DNA of 64,000 bases from Selaginella moellendorffii. Lineage: Eukaryota; Plantae; Lycopodiophyta. Location of the stretch: the NCBI RefSeq assembly GCF_000143415.4, contig NW_003314356.1, positions 372,001 through 436,000 on the forward strand, written 5' to 3'. The notes beneath the pieces were generated by a model, which was given only the letters and a program-made list of their open reading frames with translations, was not told the DNA's origin and made no database searches. A program made the translations under genes and the position numbers. Shown one piece after another: positions 36,235-47,800 of this stretch (position 1 is the first letter of the stretch; the number at the start of each line of letters is the position of its first letter).

Positions 36235-39200
36235 TGTAAGCAACTAATTTTTCCATTCTACTTTAGTCACTTAACCACACCTCCGACCACTTGGAGGAGT
36301 CTCATTCACAACCTCCATAGAACTTGGGGCTTGCTAGCCTCGAGAATGGCAACCATGCCACTAAAGCTTTACACTTAGTCCAAGTGTTCCACGTGTCCAA
36401 TCCTATGACCGACACCCCAAGGTACCACCAATATATCAACCCGTTATGCTAAGGCCATGCCCCTTCACCTTGGTCACACTAGTGGTCTAACACCATCTAC
36501 ATCACAGTCCCATCTCTCCAAAACTTGGCCATCCATTTATGAGTGATCATTCTAAATCCACTCCTTAGCATCCTTAGGATGCCTACAAACATGGGGAATA
36601 GCTTTCCCCAATATCCCTTTTTTAGTCCCCACCAAATCCCTTTCTGTCCATAGCCGTGTTCGCCAACACTGCCACTTGATCAGGGTGTATAGGTTCGATC
36701 ACCAAGTCCCACAGTCCTTTGGGACTTCCTCACCACATAACCATATCTTTGGTCACTACACCAAAGGATTGCTCCTTTTCTTTTCCACAATCTAGGACTT
36801 TGGGACAATGATTCGAAACACCATGGCCCTACGCGAGCCTCGTGGGTACTCTCCCCGCCTTCCGTTTTTCGGTGCTTTAGCCATGGGCTTAGAGCAAGGT
36901 TCCATTGAGCCACGCTAGGTATCCAAATAGGTAGTGCCACCCACGCTTGGACTGGGAGCATCAACCATTCGATCTCCTGGGGGAACTAGAGCCGGCTCTT
37001 GAACACTTCACCAAGCTACTTTCTTGTCGGTTCGTATTTACTCTAATCTTGGACTTCCCAGTGGTTAGCTCATCACCCAAAACTTGAGTCCAGCCTTCCT
37101 AGGCCAAATTAGCCTTTCCTGGCCAAATTAGCTCCACTGGGCTCCAACCCCCACACTCTCCCTACTATACTTTTGGAACCCCTGCAACTGCAACACCCCC
37201 CCGGGGGATGATTGCTTTGGGCTTTCACCCAACAGCTTGTATTAGTATCCGGACTCAGACTTGGACTTGGTCTTAGTCTCGACCTCGGCCTCAGACTCGA
37301 TCTCGGTCTCAGACTCAATCTCGGTCTCGGGCTTGGTCTCGGTCTCGGTTCCATCTTGGGCTCTTCCACGTGTCATGTGTTGGTCCTCTTGTGTCCCTTT
37401 TCAAGAGACTCACTTATTGCTTGCTTCGTAGCACTTCATTGGGAATTGCACTCCTGTTTTCGACCTTTCAAGTCGGAGCTTTTAGTCCAAACATGTTATG
37501 CTCGTTTAGCTTTCGCTTCGGCCACCACCACGTGGTGCCCTTTTGGCTCTGCTTTGGGGCTTAGGGATTTGTGTCTCACAACTCCACCACCTATAAACGA
37601 AGTTTGATGTTTTCATCGAATGATAAACTATTTTATAAAGTAATACTAGCATTTATTACCCTTTTCATCCTTGGCATCTAACCAATATTCGTCGATGGTT
37701 TGATACCGATCACCATGTCTTATCCATCCTCTAAGGAGCATAGGCTCTTCAACTTAGAGACTTATTCGACCATTTGTGATGGTTCTTTCCTCTTATTCGT
37801 TTAGTTCTCACTAAACCTGTTAGAGACACCTTCTTTATCTCAATTCCACTACTCATTCTCGAATAATCTCAGTTCCTATTGATATAACCTTTACACTTTG
37901 AAACTTTTAATTTTGACTTCTTGGAGTCAATTTCCTAGGTGTCTCCAACACCTTGCATTGCACATATTGTGCAACTCCACTTCCCCATCCTAGGAAGTTC
38001 TCTACTTAAGGGCACTATCATCCTCTCTTTTATTTCGTGCCATCTTTGGCATTAAATTCTAGTTATCATAATTTGTGTTAGGGCTGTCCATAACCCTATC
38101 ATTTGGTTATCTTACCGCTCCCTCTCTTAGAGCTTTCAATTTTGCCAAATCGGAGCAATTAGGAATCCATCCTTAGAAACACATTGCCTTTCCTATAATT
38201 CGTTAGCACCCAACACATTAGTGTTCTTGGTCTAACTTTGCCATTTGGATTGTTTCCCATGATTCTTATGGCTCTTTTTTTAGCCATTAGTCTTTTGCTC
38301 CTATCCTTAATTGTTACACCCAGCAACATAGGATCGCTACCTCCATTATCGAGATATCCTTTTGGTTCCATAACAAAAACTTTGCTTTGCCAAGTCCAAA
38401 GGGTGTTCACCCCTAGTACGTCTTTTTAACATTTTCTATTGTGGGATTTATCTACGGCCCAACTTTATGACCCTCCCATGGGTCTCTCATAGAGACTACT
38501 TTCTTCGGACTCATTATGCCATCACATTTTTAGAGCTTATTTCCCTTAGGTGTTCTTCCCACTTGGTCACCTTGACCAAGCCACACCGTCATTAATAGTT
38601 CAAATTAACACTTTGAACTAAGAACCTTATTTCTAAACCTCACAAAGACTATGTCCTTGTTTTAGCCATAAGATCACCTAATGATCTAACTTTGGCACCT
38701 TAACAGGTTTGCCAATAGGTACTAGGTCTTTGAAACTTTTAAGTTGTTCACCATGACCCCAGGGGCATCCCCCACACTTGGCGGTGCACCCAAGCCAACC
38801 CTTCCGGCCAAGGGTCTATAACAACTAAGACTGGGTGTCCCCATCTCATTCACCATGTCCTTGGTGCCACTTGCACCAAAGTGTTTAAGTTAGATATGCC
38901 GAGCTTTCACACTAAACAATCTAACTGTGCATCATGACTCTAGGGCATCCCCCACTTGGCAATGTGCCCAAGCTAGTTTCCTTATTAAGAGTTCATAACC
39001 ACCAAAAAATGTGTGTCCTCATATTCCAAACCATCACCATGCACTAGTGAGTCGGGACTCGAACCCAAGCATTAGAGGTTTGGGACTTGAACCCAACCTC
39101 CGTATATGCATCTACGGACGGCATCATCCAAGATGCTTAGCGTGACTCCCCACGCCAGTGCACCAACTTATACTTAAAGTGTATTACAAATCACAGCTTA

Positions 39201-42200
39201 GGAACCTAGTTCCTTCGCATTGCCAAGTCCTCTCACTTAACAAGTCTGTGATTATGCATGGACTCCTCTATGCTTAGCCCCATGGACCACCTCTTTTAAA
39301 GTTAGCACCTTCAATTAGGGGATTTGTTCCCCTAACTTGCCAATCTCATTTAGTAAGTCATCCGACTAACGTAATATGGTTTCATGCATAAATGTGAAAG
39401 TCCTTGACTATCGACTTTTGTTCAAAGCTATCCTTTTGAACACTCGGGAACTGCTTCTTCAACCTTGATAGCATTTCCTTATGGCAAACTTCAAGGCTAC
39501 GCTTCTATTGTGCCACTCTGATTTTGCGCGTTTTATGAACCATTTACACTTGGCTTTCTAGGTACTAAGTTACCTAGAATTGTCTTTGGGAACTTTGCAG
39601 GAACTCTGTCCATTAGCTTGCTAAGGCCTCTCCTTTCACAAGCTTTCTAATTGCCATCTGGTCCAACATAGACAATTCCATGCTTTAGATTTTCCACGGT
39701 ATCACGGTTGTTAGTAACAACATACTCGAGCACCCACTTGATTCTCCATTCCCAACTGACATAACCACCCTTGGTTATGCTCTTTTATTTGTATAGTTTT
39801 GTTTTATCCCCTTACTACTTGCTTCTGGCCTCACACATTTCCTTCGGTTATTTGTTTCCAACTAGAATGATAGCTTTAGACTTTCTACCATGCCTTAGCA
39901 AATATTTTTAAGGATGAACCTACCCGATAGCCTAGGGAGTGGTTCCTCAATCTGGGTATACTTGCTTTATAATCCCACACACTAGGATTAATGTTGCTAC
40001 TTATGGGCCTTTATATGCCCATCACTAACTTTGCTAAAATTCCATTTTTGGCTTTATCCAATTCGGGTAGATGGTCTTTTCCTGTTTTGATAACACCTTC
40101 TATCCATCATTCAAGGGACTTAGTCCCTTGGGCTTTATCTATTGCCCTCGCGACACCAAACACAACCTCCTGGTGTTCTAGAGTGTTTAGGTGTCCCAAT
40201 GATAACCTCTTTGACAATGAAGATTCCCTTTATAACATTGACTTACTATATCGCAATATAAACAATTTATCCCTATTGGGGTATATCTAACTTCCTTATG
40301 TCATTAAGAAGTTTTGGGTAGCTACCTTCAACCCATTTAACCAATTATTTTGCACCTTTTGCTTAGTTGCCTCATAATTGTCAAATCCTACAACTCATTG
40401 CTGGTGTTTCCACACCTCTATCATTATTTGGGTAACCACACTCCAACCACATGTCTTCCAGCTTAGGCTATGCCATTCCTATTTCCATTTGGATTCCTTT
40501 GGGAAGGGGTTTTCATGAACACACCAACTTGATCTCAAGGCATCATGCCTTGGCACATTTGATGTCTCCACACCATGAGCTCCACAAACTTACCTTCATG
40601 ACACTTCTTACTTGTGTCTAGATCTTTGTCAAGACCAATACAGTCGTTTCTAATGCCAACTATCCGTTCACACTACACTATATAGTTTACACACAACTTT
40701 GTGTCAAAGTTGCTTTCCTCTGGGAACCTCTTTCCCACAACTTTACTATGGCACATTCTGCCATCAATGAGATACCCACTGGTCTCATACTTGGATCTTA
40801 TGATCCTCTCCATCCTTGGGGTACAATAAACTTCAGTCCAAATGCTTTTACCAATCCCTTAGGACCATTCCTTGACTCTACTTGAGTCATCAAGCATTTT
40901 TGGACTTTGCTAATCCATTGACCCATAAAGTTTTATTTTGAGGTGCCAGCTCACTAGAATACAACTTTGTGTATTCATGTCCTACTCTTAAGGACCATCT
41001 TGGCAAGTGTTACTTTAACACTTTGTTATTTTCCCTTCTCTATGGGCTAGCTTTGCCCCTTACAACTATCTGTCCATATGATGAGAATACCAACTCATCC
41101 TTTGAGCACATCCTCAACTCTTTGAGAAAAACCTTATACTATTACCAAGATCCCGAAGTCGTTTCATTATTGGCACTTTTCTATCCACAACCTCACTTAT
41201 AAGTTCACACATGAACTGTAGTGGAGAGCTATGTCTTCCTGACCTACTACTCCTCAAGGATAGGCCCACTTCTAGGACCTTTCAATGCCAACACTAGTAG
41301 TGATATATTTGAGCACCAATAAAAGTCAGACTAAGGAATAGTTCTGATACCAAATTGTAAGTGATTAATTTTGTCTATTCTACTTTAGTCATTTAACCAC
41401 ACCTCTGACCACATGGAGGAGTCTCATTCACAACATCCATAAGTCCAATTCAGGACTTGGGGCTTGCTAGCCCTAAGAATGGCATCCATGCCACTCAACC
41501 TTTACACTTAGTTCAAGTGCTCCACGTGTTCGATCCTATAACCAACACCCCAAGGTACCACTGATATATCAGCCTGTTACACTAAGGCCATGCCCCTTCA
41601 CCTTGGTCATACTAGTGATCTAACACCACCTGCACCACAGTCCCGTCTTTCAAAAACTAGGCCATCTATCCATGAGTGATCATTCCAGATCCACTCCTTA
41701 GCATCCTTAGCATGCCTGCAGATATGGGGAATAGCCTTCCCCAATATCCCTTTTCCGGTCTCTACCAAGTCCCTTTCTATCCATGGCCATGTTCGCCAAC
41801 ACTGCCATTGAATCAAGGCCCATAGGCCCAATCACTAAGTCCCACACTCCTCTGGGACTTCCTCACCACATAACCATATCCTTGGTCACTACACCAGAGG
41901 ATTGCTCCTTTTTTTTTTCCATAGTCTAGGACTTTGGGATAACAATTCAGAACACCGTGGCTCTACGCGAGTCTCATGGGTACTCTTCCCGCCTTCCGCC
42001 TTTGAATGCTCTAGCCATGGGCTTAGACCGAGGTTCTGTTGAGCCACACTAGGTATCCAAGTAGGTGGTGCCACCCACACTTAGATTAGGAGCATCGACC
42101 ATTTGATCTCTCGGGGGAACTACAGCCAGCTCTTGAACTCTTCACCAAGCTACCCCACTTGTCTGTCTAACCTCCACACTGTGAGACACAAAATCCCTAG

Positions 42201-44528
42201 GCCCCAAAGTAGAGCCGGAGGGGTGCCACGTGGTAGTGGCCAAAGCGAAAGCCAAACAAGCGTAACACGTTTGGACTAAAAGCTCTGCTTTCAAAGGTCG
42301 AGAGCGGGAGTGGAACACCTAACAAAGTGCTTGAGGAATGAGCACGAAGCGAGCCATAAGCGAGGCTCCAAAAAGGGACCCAAAAAGGATTAACACATGA
42401 CACATGGAAGTGTCTAAGATGGACCCGAGTTGGAGTCCGAAGTGGAGTCTGAGAAGGACCCCGAGTTGGAGTCCGAAGTGGAGTCTGAGAAGGACCCCGA
42501 GATGGAGTCCGAGGTGGAGTCCGAGGTGGACCCGAGATGGATCCGAGATTGAGTCCAAGACAAACCCGAGATGAAGTCCGAGATGGACCCGAAATGGACC
42601 CGAGATGGAGTCCGAGATGGACCCAAGATGGACCCGAGATGGAGTCCGAGATGGACCCGAGATGGAGTCCGAGATGGAGTCCGAGATGGACCCGAGATGG
42701 AGTCCGAGATGGACCCGAGATGGACCCGAGATGGACTCCGAGATGGACCCGAGATGGACCCGAGATGGACTCCGAGATGGACCTGAGATGGACCCGAGAT
42801 GGAGTCCGAGATGGAGTCCGAGATGGACCCGAGATGGAGTCCGAGATGGAGTCCAAAGTCGAGACCGAGACCGGGACCAAGACCGGGACTGAGACCAAGA
42901 CCGAGATCGGGACTGAGACAAAGACCGAGGCCGAGGCCGAGGCCGAGACCGAGCCCGAGCCCGAGGCCGAGGCCGAGACCGAGCCCGAGTCCGAGTCTGA
43001 GTCCGAGTCCGAGTCCGAGTCCGAGTCCGAGTCCAAGTCCGAGTTCGAGTCTAAGAGGGTGAAAGCCCAAAGCGTTCGTCTCCCAGACCCTGGGGGGTTT
43101 GGTGAGCTCCAAAAGTATAGTAGGGGGAGGACTGCAGTGGAGCCAGTTTGGCCAGGAAAGGCCAGTTTGGCCCAGAAAGGCCGGACCCAGTGTTGGGTGA
43201 TGAGCTGCCCACTGGGAAGTCCAAGACTAGAGTGGACACAGACCGACAAGTGGGGTAGCTTGGTGAAGTGTTTAAGAGCCGGCTCTAGTTCCCCCGGGAG
43301 ATCGACTGGCCGATGCTCCCAGTCCAAGTGTGGGTGGCACTACCTACTTGGATACCTATCGTGGCTCAACGGAACCTCGCTCTAAGCCCATGACTAGAGC
43401 ACCTAAAGGCGAAAGGCAGGGAGAGTACCCATGAGGCTTGCGTAAGGCCACGGTGTTCCGAAATGTTGTCCCAAAGTCCCAAACGGTGAAAGGGAAGAGG
43501 AGTAGGCCTCTAATGCAGTGACCAAGGATACGGTCACATGGTGAGGAAGTCCCAAAGGATAGTGGGATTTAGCAGTCAGGCCTGCGGGCCTTGATCCAGT
43601 GGCAGTGTTGGCGAACACGGCCATAGGCTAAAAGGGACTTGGTGGGGACTGGAAAAGAGTTGTCGGGGAAGGCTATTCCCCATGTCTGTAGGCATCCTAA
43701 GGATGCTAAGGAGTAGATCTGGGATGATCGCTCATGGACGGACGGCCCAGTCTTTGAGAGACGGGATTATGATGCATGTGGCGTTAGACCACCGGTGTGA
43801 CCAAGGTGAATGGGCATGGCCTAGCGTAACGGGCTGGTATGTCGGTGGTACCTTGGGGTGTCGGTCATAGGATCGGACATATAGAGCACTTGGACCAAGT
43901 GCAAAGGTTGAGTGGCATGGATGCCATTCTCAGGGCTGGCAAGCCCCAAGTCCTAACTGGGACTTATGGAGGTTGTGAATGAGACTCTTCCAAGTGGTTG
44001 GAGGTGCAGTTAAGTGACTAAAGTAAAATGGAAAAATTAGTCGCTTACACACACTCTCCCTACTATACTTTTGGAACCCCTGCAACCCCCCCGCGGGGAC
44101 GATTGCTTTGGGCTTTCACCCAACAACCTGTATTAGTATTTGGACTCAGACTTTGACTCGGTCTTGGTCTCGATTCCATCTCGGACTCCATCTCAGGTCC
44201 ATCTCAGACTTCATCTCGGGTCCATCTCGGACTCCATCTCCATCTCAAACTCTGTCTTGGACTCCATCTTGGGTCCATCTCAAACTCCATCTCAGACTCT
44301 TCCATGTGTTATGTGTTGGTCCTCTTGTGTCCCTTTTCTAGAGACTCACTTATTGCTTGCTTCGTGCTTGTTCCTTGAGCACTTCATTGGGAATTGCACT
44401 CCCCCTCTCTACCTTTCAAATCGGAGCTTTTAGTCCAAACATGTTAAGGTTGTTTGGCTTTCACTTCGGCCACCACCATGTGGTGCCCTTTGGGCTCCAA
44501 TTTATGGCTTAGGGATTTGTGTCTCATA
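36235..44528 (-). mobile_element. Full-length family-E element: 3' LTR 36235-37580, PPT 37581-37595, degenerate pol-derived interior, iMet PBS 41341-41352, 5' LTR 41356-44528 (interrupted)
   Basis: TG...CA LTRs with PBS and PPT in the correct order. The interior has only faint RT/INT remnants. The host C gag is contiguous on both sides, but no clear TSD is visible. Confidence 0.8.
42180..44049 (+). repeat. Solo E LTR (1870 bp) with expanded GAGATG/GAGTCC/GACCC array
   Basis: TGTGAGAC...GTCGCTTACA flanked by a perfect TSD CACAC (42175-42179 and 44050-44054). Array at ~42415-43050. Confidence 0.92.
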
Positions 44529-44845
44529 TGTAGAAGTTTTCTCACTAAAGTCCTCCTTATACAAGGATTTCTCATCTATAGCTTCTTGTTTAACTAGAGG
44601 CTCCAATTCTGAAGGAGGTTCCATCTCTGTCCTGGTTCTCTTATTCTCTACTTTAGCCATCTCCTAGCACTTCGCCTTTATCCTTCACTAAAACTGAGAA
44701 AAAGGCTTTGATACTAAATTATAAGCCATAATTTTTTTTTTACAATTTGCCAACTTACTTCATTTATCCGACCACCGCTAGCTTGGCCTTTGTTAAGGTC
44801 CCTTACCAAAATTCCAACCTATTGTACTAGCTTCTACTTGGTCTT

Positions 44846-47800
44846 TGTCGTGAATGTGACTATGGGTATCGAAAGTTACCTATCGGCCATTCCTTACAGA
44901 CACTCTTTTTTTACTACCACGAAGGCAAGAGGTTGGTATTGTTAAGCCCGTTATCAGTCTCTGCCTAAGCTAGTTGAGAAACTAGTCTTCACATGTGCAC
45001 TTGACCAAATGAGTATAAGGAAGGAATTCCTAAGTGTTTATTTAGTTAAGCATACTTGACCTGGTTAGAGAAACTCATTTGTTGATTTGCACTTGTTAGT
45101 GTTGGGAACCCCTGCGATATTGAGATTAGTCCCTCAATATTCACTAGATGATAGCTTACCATGTTTGCCAAACACCCTCGCTATCATGCCCTTTGTGTTA
45201 ATCTCATTTTCGGTCCCAAATGCTATTTATGGAAAGTGTCCAGATTTGCTCATTTGGAATATCTACAGAATGTAGAGATTGTCCTGAACACAACGGTGTT
45301 CGTCCTGTGTCCAAATTCACAATCTAGGGACATCCCATATTTAGTAAGTTTCGAGCTTGTCCTAGAGACTAACTTCTGATACTAAAGGAGGCTTGGGGTG
45401 AAAGCCCAAAGCGTGTGTTCCTGAAGGGGGGGGGGGCCACTATGGGGGGTTCCAAATGTATAGTAGGGATAGTGGGTAAGTCGGGCATGGCTGACCAATC
45501 TGAGGTATAGTCTAGCTCCCGCTTGCATGCCTGTCCTTGTTCTGCGTCTAGCTTGGGTCTAAGCCCAAGTTCTATTCCATGCTAGCTGATGGAGTACCCA
45601 TGTCCTTGTGTTAGGCCACCAGTATGCCAAAATAGCACTAAACTCCATTTGGCTCCGTTTTGTGTGCTCATTCTGGCATTGGAATGCTAGTTGCTCTAAG
45701 ACTATTCCAAGTCGCTCCAGGCTTTTGTCCCTTCACTCCTTGGGCTGTATGCTTGGGAGTTGCTCCATGGTTCAGTTTCGTCACTCCTTGGCTTCATGCT
45801 TGGGAGTTTGGCACCGTTCCTTTGTTCAGTGGCCCAAGGCCCTGAACCTTGGGTTCCACACCACTGTCCTTTGGATATGTGGCATGTGACACATGGCATC
45901 TGTCATGTGGCACAAAGAGGGTTTAGGTTTTGCTTCGTGGTGTTATCCTATAGTAAATCATCATAAGATAAAGGGTAAAAACCATGTGCACTACATTTGG
46001 TATTAGAAGATGAGTCTCAATGAGTGCTATTCAATGAGATTGGGCAACTAGTCTCATTACATATGTAGAGATGAAAACAATGATCCGAGTGGGTACATGT
46101 TTGGGTGCAAAGACTTCGCAATTGTTCCTTGGGTATGGATTTGGTTACCTTGTTTTACCATATTCTCTGAGCTTGTGCTTGGGCTCACAAGAGGGATTGA
46201 GTTGTTCCGTTCACACGAATTTGAGCTTGGGCTCGTGGGTGAAGCACATTAGCAACTCGAGGTTACACTTTGAGTTGGCAGGATTAATGATAACCTATCA
46301 GTGGTTCCATGAGTTGTTCCATGTACCGTAGGTGAAAGTAAACCTTCCCTGGGTTTGCTATGAGTGGCAAATAGGCTGGTTCGTAGCTGTTTAGCATGGC
46401 ACTAGTGGATCCTTCCTAGGCATGATTTACAAGTGAATCGACCAAGACTGTAGGGTTTAGTCTATTGGTTCAGGTAGTCATTGCCATACTCTCTCATAAA
46501 CATTTCTTGGATTGGACTGAAGGCAGTGCAAAAGCAAACTTAGGGTTTAATCAAAGATGAGACCGAAAAGAGAGTCATCAGGGACGAAGGATCAAATACG
46601 TAAATCATTTTCTCTTGAAGAGATGATTTGCAACGAGGTGTGACTCATTACTCGTGTTCACATCATGCAATCAAAAGTCCCTACCTTGATACATGTTGAA
46701 AATGATGGTCTTGCAAATGGTGAGTGATGGGATGGATAGTGGTGAAGCGCTAAACCTTTTGATCCAGGCTTGCTATTGGAAGACTTGGGTTGCAATGCTC
46801 AATTCTTTTGCAAGGAACTTTGCTATTGCTCCTTGAGTAGCTTGGTGTTGGATTAGTTTTGAGTTTAGTCGGATAGAGAGTGGCATGAGCTTGTCCATGT
46901 TGTGAACAAAAGTTAGTGGTGTTTAGTTTTATAAATTGCTATCGATGGAGTGTGGCATTTATGTTACATTTTCATCGAATCAAGTTGACACTTGATATTC
47001 ACATAAACCTTTGAAATAGTGACATAGGCATTGCTCATTTTGTTGCTTAATTGATGATCAAGTCATTGTGATTTCTATATTATATCCATGTGATTATGAG
47101 CAATGTGTTTACGAAGTTCCTTGGTTAAACGATGATCAATCCCAAAGTGGTTAGTGGAGAAGCTAGTCTACTTGCACATAATAACATTGTAGTAGCTTTG
47201 ACTGGTTCTCAATAATGATCTATGATATGCTAAGCTTAAGTTGGTTCCTTGTTCTTGGGGTTGCACATAATAGCCCAGGGGTTGGAAAAGGGTTGTAGCA
47301 TTCATTTGCTATAGCTCATCGGTTGATTCGTTAACACTTGGAGTAGATTATTGGATGGAGAAGGTGTGTAGTTGAGGCATTAACATCACTAGCATTTGTG
47401 TTAGTGGAAGTGACATTATTGATTCGAGTGATAAGGAATTTTCCTTAGAATTTGATTTTCCATGTCATTTTTCTTGTTAGTGTTTTAGCTTCACATTGAT
47501 GCTTTATTTTGTTAAAGTGGAACTTATTCAGTAAAGTGGGACATTAATTAGCATGTGTCCACATGCCATTTCCTAGTACTTAATTAATATTTATTAATAT
47601 TTCTATCAGTTTTTTAATTTATTTTTTTATATTTCACAATATTATAACACAAAATCATATGAAAAGTTTTTAATTTATAAATTATAAAGCTAAAACTTTA
47701 ATTTTTTATTGTTGTTATAAAAATGGCATGTGGCCACACACCATAAGTGGGATAATGAAAAGTTCCACTTTAACAAAATAAAGCATATTGGATCTTGAAG

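Noticed and set aside
39050-39101. tRNA gene call for the GGTTCGAGTCCC motifs
   Set aside because: Only T-arm-like hairpins are present, with no acceptor stem, D-arm or anticodon arm. Kept as a structural finding instead.
43192-43225. GGGTGA...CTGGGAAGTCC resembling the 3' part of 5S rRNA (Cassandra-like)
   Set aside because: The match is short and gapped, and the rest of the 5S internal control region is not visible.
42197-43385. Long overlapping ORFs (up to 376 aa) rich in SD/ES/PR repeats, also at 34301-35057 and 23719-24003
   Set aside because: They are by-products of stop-free hexamer arrays inside LTRs; array length and frame vary between copies.
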